Position numbers and translations under genes: made by a program
In this document: one piece after another, positions 50,077-59,218 of the stretch
Layout of the letters: the number at the start of each line of letters is the position of its first letter
Numbering within the stretch: the stretch's first letter is position 1
The notes under the pieces: model-generated
The model's input: the letters and a program-made list of their open reading frames with translations, nothing else
Database searches by the model: none
What the model was told of the DNA's origin: nothing
Source: an uncultured Gammaproteobacteria bacterium
GTDB taxonomy: Bacteria; Patescibacteriota; Microgenomatia; Levybacterales; UBA12049
Length of the DNA: 64,000 nucleotides
Reading direction: 5' to 3'
Assembly (NCBI GenBank): GCA_964515545.1
Contig: CAZERI010000004.1
Span: 24,572-88,571, forward strand

Positions 50077-50780
50077 TAATTAACTCCCCTTTTAGGTCTT
50101 CCGAAAGAAATATGCTTCTCCTTCATCAGGAGCATAAGAAATGAAAAGATAAAAAGAATAAGAAGAAGGATGACATCCAGCTGCATGACAGCTTCCATAA
50201 TATTCTTTGCACGAACACCAAGTGAAATAAGGGTTGTTAATGAAAATACTATTATAAAAAGAAATCCTAAACTCCCATCTTCTAGTTCACCTCGTGTATT
50301 CAATGGAAGCAGAACTCTAACAAAGAAGATAAGTGTTATAAGAAAAATAATCGGCATCAGGACGCCTGAAAATTTATCCTGCATACCTAATAGTAATCCT
50401 TGTCCCAAAAAACCAATAGGCAGAGCTGCTAAAAATGCCATTGAGAAAAAGTCAAAGAATCTCCCAGCAGGATATTTCTTTGCTTTATATAGAAGAGTAA
50501 AAATCATCGCCCCTCCTACTCCTCCCGCTAATGAGAGCCCCGGGAAATAAGGAAAAAGAAAAAAGACTAAGGGATTAAGAAATCCTAAGCTAAAATGCTC
50601 TATAACATAGACAATACGCGCTGACAGTACCCCTATCCCTAGGGTATAAAAAGCGATATTGAACAGCATCTCCATGGTAATATTTCTTCGCACGAAAATA
50701 AGATCTTCCTTCGCCAAGACATGCAGACAAAAAAGAAAAACGATAAGACTGATGAGCAAAATGACAATTAGTAAATGCAT
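50076..50780 (-). CDS. lgt: prolipoprotein diacylglyceryl transferase-like membrane protein (divergent)
   Basis: Lgt-like motif layout: LSARIVYV, GLSLAGGVGGAMIF, FDFFSMAFLAALPIGFLGQGLL; 6-7 TM; canonical Lgt signature not fully present. Confidence 0.45.
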   Translation of the reverse strand: MHLLIVILLISLIVFLFCLHVLAKEDLIFVRRNITMEMLFNIAFYTLGIGVLSARIVYVIEHFSLGFLNPLVFFLFPYFPGLSLAGGVGGAMIFTLLYKAKKYPAGRFFDFFSMAFLAALPIGFLGQGLLLGMQDKFSGVLMPIIFLITLIFFVRVLLPLNTRGELEDGSLGFLFIIVFSLTTLISLGVRAKNIMEAVMQLDVILLLILFIFSFLMLLMKEKHISFGRPKRGVN

Positions 50781-52051
50781 TAAATATCAAAAAGAACTCT
50801 AGATATTCCGATAACAAATAAGGAGATACCAATAACTATAATTACCTTCCCTACTCCAAAAAAGTCTGAAAAACCACCGGCAGCTAAGATGGGAACAAGA
50901 GAAAATATACCAACCAGCGCGTTTAATACTCCATAAATTTTTCCTCTAAATTCATCCTTTGTTTTTTCTTGAAGAATAGTATTTGAAGGAACGAATACAA
51001 AAGCATTAGCCAGTCCTAAAATAAAGGCAAGAACAATAACAACATGCACGGTAGTTATATCAAGGAAATGAGGAAGTATGGTATTAAATTCGTGGACTAT
51101 CTCTCGAGCGGAGATACGAGAGCCATAAGGCAGCACTAGCATAGCTGCACCAGATAAGAAGAGCCCGGCTGTGGTTAATTTTTCTTTAGAACTCTCATGA
51201 AGCCATGTTACCAAAATAACAGCACCAACTAATACTCCAAGAGCTGCTGGTACGATAAAGAATAACGGAAACTCCTGGATGCTGATATTAAGAATTTGGC
51301 TTGCATACCCGGGGGCAATAGCAGCCAAAACTAAAAGCAATGTCTGGGAAACAGCTAGGAGAAAAATGGAGTTATAAATCTCACGTGAATTTTTCATAAT
51401 AGTAATGGCTGTCTTGATCTCATCCAGAAGGGCAGATTTGGAGGCGCTGAGTATCCCTTTTTTGTTCTGCTCACTTTTACTGGTAATAGTAATACCTGAT
51501 ATAAAAACTGAACTCACAAAGAACATCACTCCTAAAACTAGTAACGTATTTACCTCACCAAATAATAAAATTAACGGTCCTGATAAAAGATAAGCAAAAA
51601 AAGCTCCTCCATAAAGACCGAGTCCAAAGAGAGCATTCGCTGAATAGAGAAGATCTTTTCTCACGATAAGCGGAATAATAGGAGTTTCGGCTGGAATGAA
51701 AAATTGAGTAACAAGGGCTACTAAAAATGAAATGATATAGACTGCAATAAGACTCTGGTGAAAAATAGCCAAGACGATCAGAAGAATTCCACGTACAATA
51801 TTGGAGATAAGAAGTACCTTTTTCTTACTCCAGCGATCTACATACACTCCCGCTAAAATTCCGAATAAAATAGCAGGTAGTGTAAATGAGACGACAACAA
51901 AAGCAACCGCTGTGTTTGAGTGAGTAAGTGAATAGACGTGAAGAAGGAGAAGAAAATTAAAGAGGTTGAAGGCTAAAATAGTGAAAATCTCTGACAGCCA
52001 TAAAAAAGAAAACGATCTTTCACTAAAGGCCTGGAATAAGCGGTTTTTCAT
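50780..52051 (-). CDS. MFS transporter
   Basis: 12 predicted TM, MFS loop motif GVYVDRWSKKK between TM2-3. Confidence 0.7.
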   Translation of the reverse strand: MKNRLFQAFSERSFSFLWLSEIFTILAFNLFNFLLLLHVYSLTHSNTAVAFVVVSFTLPAILFGILAGVYVDRWSKKKVLLISNIVRGILLIVLAIFHQSLIAVYIISFLVALVTQFFIPAETPIIPLIVRKDLLYSANALFGLGLYGGAFFAYLLSGPLILLFGEVNTLLVLGVMFFVSSVFISGITITSKSEQNKKGILSASKSALLDEIKTAITIMKNSREIYNSIFLLAVSQTLLLVLAAIAPGYASQILNISIQEFPLFFIVPAALGVLVGAVILVTWLHESSKEKLTTAGLFLSGAAMLVLPYGSRISAREIVHEFNTILPHFLDITTVHVVIVLAFILGLANAFVFVPSNTILQEKTKDEFRGKIYGVLNALVGIFSLVPILAAGGFSDFFGVGKVIIVIGISLFVIGISRVLFDI

Positions 52052-52605
52052 TATGCTTTTTCAGAATAGCTTCCAGTTCGAGTATCAATTCGGATAGACT
52101 CTCCGATATTGATAAAAAGGGGGACTTTTGTCTTAATCCCATTTTCTAGTGTAGCATCTTTGAAGACATTTGTGGCAGAGTTACCCTTAATTCCAGGAGC
52201 TGTATCTATAACCTTAAACACCATTTTTGGAGGTATAGTTACCGTAAGAGGCTCCTCTCCTAAAAATGAAATATTAAAAGTATCCCCTTCTTTAAGATAA
52301 GGATGATCAGGAACTTTCACCAAGTCAACTTGTATCTGATCATATGTCTCAGGATTCATGAAATAAGCATACTGATCATCTTTGTATAAATACTGAAGAT
52401 CTTTCTTGAGAACCTGAACGTTATTTACCTTTGCTCCATTAATATAACTTTTCTCAAGAGTAGTACCGCTCTTTAAATTTTTAACCTTTACTTTAATATT
52501 GGCGCTTCCCCGCCCCATTTTAATATGTTCATAAGAAACCACCATAAGTAAGTTCCCATCTTCCTCATAGGTAGTACCTGCTCGTAGATCAGTTACTGAA
52601 ATCAT
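52051..52605 (-). CDS. efp: elongation factor P
   Basis: Three OB/KOW-like domains, N-terminus MISVTDLRAGTTYEEDG.., loop tip HIKMGRGSA. Confidence 0.9.
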   Translation of the reverse strand: MISVTDLRAGTTYEEDGNLLMVVSYEHIKMGRGSANIKVKVKNLKSGTTLEKSYINGAKVNNVQVLKKDLQYLYKDDQYAYFMNPETYDQIQVDLVKVPDHPYLKEGDTFNISFLGEEPLTVTIPPKMVFKVIDTAPGIKGNSATNVFKDATLENGIKTKVPLFINIGESIRIDTRTGSYSEKA

Positions 52606-52606
52606 A

Positions 52607-54118
52607 TTATTTGTTCACTCCTTCTATATACTTTAACATAGTTCTAACTCCAAATCCTGTACCTCCCTTAGGTGTCAATGATTGAGGTTTGTTAGCGAAA
52701 GCAGGTCCAGCTATATCGAAATGCATCCATGGAGTATTAGCGATAAATTCCTGCAGAAAAAGTGCTGCAGTAATAGTACCACCGAAACGCGAGTTTGGAA
52801 TATTGGCAATATCTGCCACCTCACTCTTATTCATGTCTTTGTAATCTTTCTCAAGAGGCAGCTCCCATACCTTTTCTCCTTCTTCAAAGGCTGCTGTTTT
52901 GACAGCATCAAGGAGATCACGATTATTTGAGAACATACCCGCAATTTCATCTCCTAATGCTACCAAACAAGCACCTGTCAGTGTTGCGAAATCAATAATC
53001 TCTGTGGCTCCTTCGGAAACTGCATATGACAAACTATCTGCCATTGTTACCCTGCCTTCTGCATCTGTATTGAGAACTTCAATTGTCTTACCATTCATCG
53101 CTCTGACAACGTCCCCAGGAACGATTGAGCTGCTGGAGATGAGATTTGGTGTTGCAGCGATAATACCCATTACTGGAAATGTCGGTTTAATCTTAGCAAT
53201 AACTGAAAAAACTCCTAAAACGAGTGCAGCTCCAGACATATCCATTTTCATATCCTGCATATGGTCACCAGGCTTTACATTTATTCCTCCACTATCAAAA
53301 GTTATTCCTTTTCCGACAATTGCGAGCTTCTTTTTACTTTTACTTTTTACTGGTTTATATTCAAGTACTATGAACTTAGGTGGAGTATCTGCAGCTCTTG
53401 CAATACCTAAGAACGCCTCCATACCCATCTTCTTCACTTGAGCTTTATCAAAGACTTTACATGTGATCTCAGGATGAGCTTTTGCAATGTCTTGGGCCAA
53501 ATCAGCAAGAAAAGTAGGTGTGGCAATGGCTGCTTGTTCATTGACTAAATCACGCGCAAGGATCGTTCCTTGTGCATATAACTTAGCATGATCTATCGTT
53601 TTTTTGAGACTCTTCGGATCAACATGTCCAGACGTAGCTAGAATAACGAGTTCAAGTGTTCGCTCATCTTTTCCTTTATATTTAGCAAATTCATAAGTAC
53701 CTAACTCTGAACCTTCTACGACAACAGATACGACGTCTTCCAGAACTAAATCATCAAGATTTTCAGGAAGAACTAAAACGAGAGAATCAACTTTTTTCTT
53801 AACTGCTGAAACGTATTTACCTACTGCATTACGGAGATCATTAAGAACAAAATCATTCTTTTTACCAAGCCCCATAACTACGACTTTGCTCGCAACTATT
53901 TTATCTGCAGTAAACAGACTTACTGTTTCTCCTCTACTTCCTGTGAATTTTTCTATCTCGCAAGCTTTTGTCAACTGTCCCTTAAGAGCTTTATCCAGAT
54001 TAATAAATTGAGATGACTTGATAAGCCTTCCTTTTTTGTCATCATCTTGGAAAGCAAATAATAGAACAACGTCAGAAGATATTTTGTCGAGAAGATTTTG
54101 TGATATTTCAAATCTCAT
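52607..54118 (-). CDS. pepA: leucyl aminopeptidase (M17 family)
   Basis: M17 signature NTDAEGRVTMAD, metal ligands in DMKMDMSGAA / D..E; 503 aa. Confidence 0.9.
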   Translation of the reverse strand: MRFEISQNLLDKISSDVVLLFAFQDDDKKGRLIKSSQFINLDKALKGQLTKACEIEKFTGSRGETVSLFTADKIVASKVVVMGLGKKNDFVLNDLRNAVGKYVSAVKKKVDSLVLVLPENLDDLVLEDVVSVVVEGSELGTYEFAKYKGKDERTLELVILATSGHVDPKSLKKTIDHAKLYAQGTILARDLVNEQAAIATPTFLADLAQDIAKAHPEITCKVFDKAQVKKMGMEAFLGIARAADTPPKFIVLEYKPVKSKSKKKLAIVGKGITFDSGGINVKPGDHMQDMKMDMSGAALVLGVFSVIAKIKPTFPVMGIIAATPNLISSSSIVPGDVVRAMNGKTIEVLNTDAEGRVTMADSLSYAVSEGATEIIDFATLTGACLVALGDEIAGMFSNNRDLLDAVKTAAFEEGEKVWELPLEKDYKDMNKSEVADIANIPNSRFGGTITAALFLQEFIANTPWMHFDIAGPAFANKPQSLTPKGGTGFGVRTMLKYIEGVNK

Positions 54119-54279
54119 TTATCCCATATTGTAGCATTGTAACAGGCAAATTGGAAGCTCTACGTGTTATAATGGAGAAGACTTTTACTCAAAATGTGAA
54201 GCATTTTGAAGAGCAAGAACCGATGCAGCCCTGAAGTCCGGATGCAATAATGGCGGAAGGTGAAATCGAGTTCTGATGA

Positions 54280-54364
54280 GCCGAGGTGGTGGAATGGTAG
54301 ACACGAAGGTCTCAAAAACCTTTGATCGTAATTGGTCATGGGGGTTCGAATCCCCCCCCCGGCA
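54280..54364 (+). tRNA. tRNA-Leu (anticodon CAA), class II long variable arm; CCA not encoded
   Basis: Acceptor GCCGAGG/CCCCGGC (one A-C mismatch at pair 5-68), anticodon stem AAGGT/ACCTT with loop CTCAAAA, long variable arm, T-arm GGGGG-TTCGAAT-CCCCC, discriminator A. Confidence 0.75.
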
Positions 54365-54378
54365 CTTTTCCCAAAACA

Positions 54379-54407
54379 AAAGCGGTCCGCCACTGGCAAG
54401 ACCGCTT
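54379..54407. terminator. bidirectional hairpin terminator between tRNA-Leu (+) and the dnaB operon (-)
   Basis: aagcggtc-cgccactggcaa-gaccgctt; minus-strand reading is followed by uuguuuuggg. Confidence 0.5.
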
Positions 54408-54444
54408 CTATTCATTCTGCAGAATAAATATTCCAGAGAATTTA

Positions 54445-54723
54445 TTACATACCACCCATTCCGCCCGTCTGACCACCCTGTGGTGTCTCGGTTGGAGTAC
54501 CAGTTCCTGGAGTAGGTGCAGGAGTTCCTGTACCTGGCATTTCAGGAGTTGGTGCTACTGGAGGCGTAGTTGGTGCCTCAGGAGCTGGTGTAGGTGGAAC
54601 AACTGGCGCTTCTGGCGCTGGAGTTGGTGTAGGCGGAACAACTGGCGCTTCTGGCGCTGGAGTTGCTCCTGGAGCCTGCATTCCCCCCATTCCGCCATTC
54701 TGTGTTGGATCTGTAGGATTCAT
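54445..54723 (-). CDS. small Pro/Ala/Thr-rich low-complexity protein with GGMGGM termini
   Basis: SD GGGGGTGA 7 nt upstream of ATG; repeats APEAPVVPPTP(TP) x2 encoded by 39-bp tandem DNA repeat; immediately downstream of dnaB on same strand, followed by terminator. Confidence 0.45.
   Translation of the reverse strand: MNPTDPTQNGGMGGMQAPGATPAPEAPVVPPTPTPAPEAPVVPPTPAPEAPTTPPVAPTPEMPGTGTPAPTPGTGTPTETPQGGQTGGMGGM
54587..54664. repeat. 39-bp tandem direct repeat x2 (one mismatch) inside Pro-rich ORF
   Basis: ggtgtagg[t/c]ggaacaactggcgcttctggcgctggagtt at 54587-54625 and 54626-54664. Confidence 0.85.
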
Positions 54724-54776
54724 TAATAAATCACCCCCTCTCTTTTCAAAAATAACATTGTGGTTTGCATGAATTA

Positions 54777-56108
54777 TCAGGCTTCTGCATGAGCCTTCTC
54801 AACATTATAAAATCGTATCCTATCCCCTCTGAAAAGTAAATCTATTTCTCCTGTTGCTCCATTTCTGTGCTTGGCTATAAGGACTTTTGTTGGAATATTA
54901 TGGTTGGTTACATCAAAGTCTACATCCGGCCTATACAAAAACATTACCACGTCTGCATCCTGCTCAATAGCTCCGGATTCACGAAGGTCTGCAAGCTGAG
55001 GCCGACGTTCTCCCCGATGCTCAACTGCACGAGATAACTGAGAAGCAGAAAGTACAGGAACATTCAATTCACGCGCTAGATTTTTAAGAGCCTGAGATAC
55101 AATGGAGACTTCCTGAACGCGATTTTCAACTTTTCTTCCTGGATCTACCAGCTGTAAGTAATCGACAATAATAAGACCCAAATTATGCTCCATATGGAGT
55201 CTTCGTGCTTTGCTGCGCATTTCTGCTAAATTTAATCCTGGTGTATCATCAATAAATATGGGCGCTTCAGCTAGCTGGCCCATTGCATCTGACAATTTTG
55301 TAAAGTCATCTTCTGAGAGCTTGCCTGTTTTAAGCCTCCACGCATCAACGTCAGCCTGTGCTACCAAAAAGCGGTCAACTAATTCTTCTTTACTCATCTC
55401 CAAAGAGAAGATTGCTACTGGTTTTTTCTCTTGGGTAGAGATGTATTGAGCCATATTAAGGGTAATGGCAGTTTTACCCTGGCCAGGCCGTGCAGCCAGA
55501 ATTATCAAATTTGCTTTTTGCAGGCCAGAAAGGACTTTATCTAATTCAGTAAAACCTGTTTTAACTCCCCGTAAACCTTCTCCCCCTTTATGCAGTTCAT
55601 CAATACGATCAAAACTTTGAGCAAGGGTGTCTTTAATCGCAATGAAACCTCTAGTGATATTTCCCTGAGAAATTGCAAAAACACTTGTCTCTGCTTTATC
55701 AATTATTTCTTTTACATCTTTTTTTTCATCATAGCCTGACTCAGCCATATCGACTCCTGCATGGATAAGAGCTCGTTTAGTAGATGCTTCTTTAACAATT
55801 CTTCCGTAGTGCTCAACATTTGCAGCAGTAGGAACAGACTCAATTAGCTCGGTAAAATACGCCGTATCTATTTTCTCAAACTGTTTTTTCTTTTTTAGAT
55901 AATCTCTCACGGTCAGAAGATCAATGGCTTTTCTCTCGTTATACAACTCAAGCATTGCCTCATAAATAAGAGCATTTGTAGGACTATAAAAATCACTTGA
56001 CTGAAGAAATTCCGATACAACATTGACTGCATCTTTATCTATCAGAATTGCACCAAGGACACTTTTTTCAGCATCATCGTTGTGTGGAAGAATTTTTACG
56101 GCTGCCAT
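54777..56108 (-). CDS. dnaB: replicative DNA helicase DnaB
   Basis: N-terminal DnaB domain, Walker A ARPGQGKTAITLNMA, RecA-fold motifs (IIVDYLQL, arginine finger region); no intein. Confidence 0.95.
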   Translation of the reverse strand: MAAVKILPHNDDAEKSVLGAILIDKDAVNVVSEFLQSSDFYSPTNALIYEAMLELYNERKAIDLLTVRDYLKKKKQFEKIDTAYFTELIESVPTAANVEHYGRIVKEASTKRALIHAGVDMAESGYDEKKDVKEIIDKAETSVFAISQGNITRGFIAIKDTLAQSFDRIDELHKGGEGLRGVKTGFTELDKVLSGLQKANLIILAARPGQGKTAITLNMAQYISTQEKKPVAIFSLEMSKEELVDRFLVAQADVDAWRLKTGKLSEDDFTKLSDAMGQLAEAPIFIDDTPGLNLAEMRSKARRLHMEHNLGLIIVDYLQLVDPGRKVENRVQEVSIVSQALKNLARELNVPVLSASQLSRAVEHRGERRPQLADLRESGAIEQDADVVMFLYRPDVDFDVTNHNIPTKVLIAKHRNGATGEIDLLFRGDRIRFYNVEKAHAEA

Positions 56109-56169
56109 AGTTAGGAAATAGTTATTAGCTTCTAGCGTATAGTTTTGAGGAACAGAAGCAAACTAAACG

Positions 56170-56700
56170 CTAAACGCTAGCTATTGACGCTAATAGAATT
56201 GTCTCTGTTTCGGTGGGAAGCTTCTCAGAGGAGATAGTGTATTTTGATAGTTCTTTTTTTTCATCCTTTGCTAATGTATCAATAACATCTTTAGCATTGT
56301 CGCCAAAGAACAATAGTGCATTCATGCCAAGCGATGTTGCAAATGAAGTATTACCGACACTTCCCGCATGTACCAGAGCTACATTATGTTCTTTCAATTT
56401 CTGATGAACTTTTTCAAGCCCGTCACGATCTCCAAGAATAAGGTCAACGTTATCCAAAGTGATTGAATATACAGTCCCATTTTCCGATCTCATTCCCGAA
56501 ACTTTAATACCGCCTGCTTCATATTCTCCAGGACCGTCAATTACCACAACATCATCCTTTATTTTAAGACTGGATTTGGGAGGATTTCCTATCAAAATTG
56601 CCATATTATAATTTGCTGTTTTATCCTGAGGATTAATATAAACTGCAGCGTGTTTTCCGCGGATTTTTAGAGAGTTCTTATCCTGGACTGAAATTTCCAT
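56170..56700 (-). CDS. hypothetical protein
   Basis: 176-aa ORF upstream of dnaB on same strand; no confident family assignment. Confidence 0.45.
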   Translation of the reverse strand: MEISVQDKNSLKIRGKHAAVYINPQDKTANYNMAILIGNPPKSSLKIKDDVVVIDGPGEYEAGGIKVSGMRSENGTVYSITLDNVDLILGDRDGLEKVHQKLKEHNVALVHAGSVGNTSFATSLGMNALLFFGDNAKDVIDTLAKDEKKELSKYTISSEKLPTETETILLASIASV

Positions 56701-56784
56701 GAACCCATACTAGCACATGAAAAAGTGACTGTCCATAACCTTTCCCTATAAAAAAGATTATTTACTAATCTCAACCATTTTACC

Positions 56785-56813
56785 TTGACAATATGGCTTG
56801 TTTGGCCTATTAT
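56785..56813 (+). promoter_or_regulatory. consensus promoter TTGACA-17-TATTAT with ~85-nt leader
   Basis: -35 56785-56790, -10 56808-56813; first ATG after predicted TSS is 56903. Confidence 0.55.
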
Positions 56814-56902
56814 CAGAGTCGACGCTTGCGCCCTCTTCTACTGTCTAACATCAAGCGTTGTTTCCTGGCCTGTATTATCCTCACGCATTAAGGCCAGATT
56901 TT

Positions 56903-57331
56903 ATGAAAGCAGAAAGATTAATCTTATCGCTTATCGCTCTTTTTGTAGGCCTGCTTGTTGCAGGAGGGGCATTCTATATCTACCAAATGACTCAACAAAT
57001 CCCGCAGGATAAGTCAGACACCATAACAATTAAATCACATCCTACTCCTACGCCTAACTCCAATAACTACTTAGTCATCGATACACCAAAAGATGAAGAC
57101 CTCACCGACAGGAAAACAATCACCATAAGCGGTAAGACACTTCCGGGATCTACTGTTATTATCTCAACTGAGAGTGATGACCAGGTCGTCAAACCCACTG
57201 CAACCGGAACATTCAATGCAACTCAGACAATTGATGATGGAGTAAATATACTCTCAATGACCTCCATTTTCCCTGACGGAACAGAAAAAACCATTAAGCG
57301 AAGTATTACTTATACAACTGAAAATTTCTGA
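56903..57331 (+). CDS. hypothetical membrane-anchored protein (N-terminal TM, Thr-rich extracytoplasmic domain)
   Basis: MKAERLILSLIALFVGLLVAGGAFYIY anchor; track used upstream TTG (56858) that lies inside the leader, ATG 56903 preferred. Confidence 0.5.
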   Translation: MKAERLILSLIALFVGLLVAGGAFYIYQMTQQIPQDKSDTITIKSHPTPTPNSNNYLVIDTPKDEDLTDRKTITISGKTLPGSTVIISTESDDQVVKPTATGTFNATQTIDDGVNILSMTSIFPDGTEKTIKRSITYTTENF

Positions 57332-57333
57332 GT

Positions 57334-58110
57334 ATGAAAAAAACTTTTATCTTTCTATCACTTTTTATCTTATTTTATTCAGGTACTGCTTTTGCTGCAG
57401 TCACTCCTACACCTTCTCCTAACCCTACATCTGAATCTGTTACCGAAAAACTTTCAAGTCAAATTAATGATCTCAAAGATAAGATAGCTTCACGTGTTGC
57501 CCAGCTTAAATTAGTAGAGAAGAAAGGATTTGTGGGAACTATTAAGGAAGTCAGCAGTAACCAGCTCACAGTAACTGATCTGGCTGGAAATGAACGCGTT
57601 ATTGATGTCGATGAAATTACGAAGTTCACCTCATCAGGGAATGACTCATTTGGAATATCCGATCTGAAATCAGGAATGAAGGTAAGCGTAATCGGCCTCT
57701 ATAATAAAGATTCTGAAAGGCTGCTGGCAAGATTTATTAACACCTATACCCTCCCTCTTTATCTAAGCGGTACCATCAGTGAGGTCGATAAGACTAACTA
57801 TACCGTAACTCTTTCTATGGAAGATGGTAAGAGTTACTTAGTCGACATTGAAAGTGTTACTAAAACAAATACTTTTAATAAAGATGATACTTCTGAAAAA
57901 TCAGGATTTTCTAAAATTGAAGCTGGAACTCGTGCTTTTATCATCGGTTATGCTGATAAAAAGGAGGCCAACCGTATGGTAGCTACCCGCATCTTACTCT
58001 TCCCTGCTCTTCCTAAAAATCCTAAAGTTGTCGTCGTACCAAACGCGGTTAATCCAACTAATGCAGTCACTTCAAGTGGTAGCGGTAAAAAGTTGACCCC
58101 AATTAAATAA
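57334..58110 (+). CDS. hypothetical secreted protein (signal peptide, PT-rich linker)
   Basis: Signal peptide MKKTFIFLSLFILFYSGTAFA|AVTPTPSPNPTSESV; 3 nt after upstream gene stop. Confidence 0.55.
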   Translation: MKKTFIFLSLFILFYSGTAFAAVTPTPSPNPTSESVTEKLSSQINDLKDKIASRVAQLKLVEKKGFVGTIKEVSSNQLTVTDLAGNERVIDVDEITKFTSSGNDSFGISDLKSGMKVSVIGLYNKDSERLLARFINTYTLPLYLSGTISEVDKTNYTVTLSMEDGKSYLVDIESVTKTNTFNKDDTSEKSGFSKIEAGTRAFIIGYADKKEANRMVATRILLFPALPKNPKVVVVPNAVNPTNAVTSSGSGKKLTPIK

Positions 58111-58114
58111 CTCC

Positions 58115-59173
58115 ATGGACACCTCCAGCGTCTTAGATTTATTACATAGAAAACAGTTGGACGCAATACTTTTCTCATCTCCAAAACACATTATCTATTT
58201 GACAGCCTATGGTGGGTTTTCCCAAACAGAACGGGACGCATTCCTCCTTGTTAGTAAAAAGAAAAGGTATCTTTTTACCAACTCATTATTACGTAATGAA
58301 GTAAAACAAGAGATAAAAGATGTAGAAGTTGTCGAGCATACGCGAAATCGTCCATTTGCAAAAAATCTTGCTGAAATTGTAAAAAAAGAAAAGATCAAAA
58401 CGATAGGTTTTGAGAGCGATAATATAACAGTTACTGAATATCTAACACTTACAGAAAATATTTCGAGCAGATTTATTTCAACCGATCTTAGTACACTTCA
58501 AGCAATTAAAAATGACAACGAAATTGAGCTAGTCAGAAAGGCTTGCAGAATCGCAAAAAAAGCTTACAGCTTAACCCGTAAAAAAATAAAACCTGGAATA
58601 ACAGAAAAAGAAACTGCCAGTATCTTTGAAATAAACGTTATCAAACTTGGTGCAGAACTTTCATTTCCTACTATTGTTGCCTTTGGGAAGAATGCAGCTA
58701 CCCCTCATCATCATACAGATGGAACTAAGTTAAAAACAGATGATATTATTCTGATGGATTTTGGTGCAAAGTATAATAATTACTGTTCGGATATGACGCG
58801 GACTTTTTCTCTTGGTCATCTCCCCCAGCAGCAGCGTAAAGCAATTGAGACTGTTACAACGTCTCAAAATTTGACTGTCAAATTTATAGAACGTACACTC
58901 AAAGAAAATAAAGAAGTTCTTGCATCTGAAGCCGATGATATCGCACGGGAATACCTTATCGAAAAAGGATATCCATCCATCCCACATTCTCTGGGACATG
59001 GAATAGGAATTGAGGTCCATGAAGCGCCATCTCTCTCCCCTGCCTCCAACGATAAACTATCAGAGGGTATGGTCTTCTCTATCGAGCCAGGTATTTATAT
59101 TGATGGGAAATTCGGAGTAAGAATTGAAGATTTATACACAATCCAGAATAGTAAATTAGTTAAGTTAAGCTAG
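58115..59173 (+). CDS. M24 family Xaa-Pro aminopeptidase/dipeptidase
   Basis: Pita-bread fold metal ligands D..D..HSLGHGIGIEVHE..E; 352 aa. Confidence 0.85.
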   Translation: MDTSSVLDLLHRKQLDAILFSSPKHIIYLTAYGGFSQTERDAFLLVSKKKRYLFTNSLLRNEVKQEIKDVEVVEHTRNRPFAKNLAEIVKKEKIKTIGFESDNITVTEYLTLTENISSRFISTDLSTLQAIKNDNEIELVRKACRIAKKAYSLTRKKIKPGITEKETASIFEINVIKLGAELSFPTIVAFGKNAATPHHHTDGTKLKTDDIILMDFGAKYNNYCSDMTRTFSLGHLPQQQRKAIETVTTSQNLTVKFIERTLKENKEVLASEADDIAREYLIEKGYPSIPHSLGHGIGIEVHEAPSLSPASNDKLSEGMVFSIEPGIYIDGKFGVRIEDLYTIQNSKLVKLS

Positions 59174-59218
59174 CTAAAAAATTACTTAAAACTGCTGACT
59201 TTATGGTACAATCCAAGT

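Noticed and set aside
54160-54726. Four track ORFs (54160-54399 -, 54185-54415 -, 54276-54515 +, 54322-54726 +) around 54.2-54.7 kb
   Set aside because: They overlap the tRNA-Leu gene and/or are antisense to the Pro-rich ORF. The Arg/Trp/Cys-rich translations are artefacts of reading GC-rich repeat DNA in the wrong frame.
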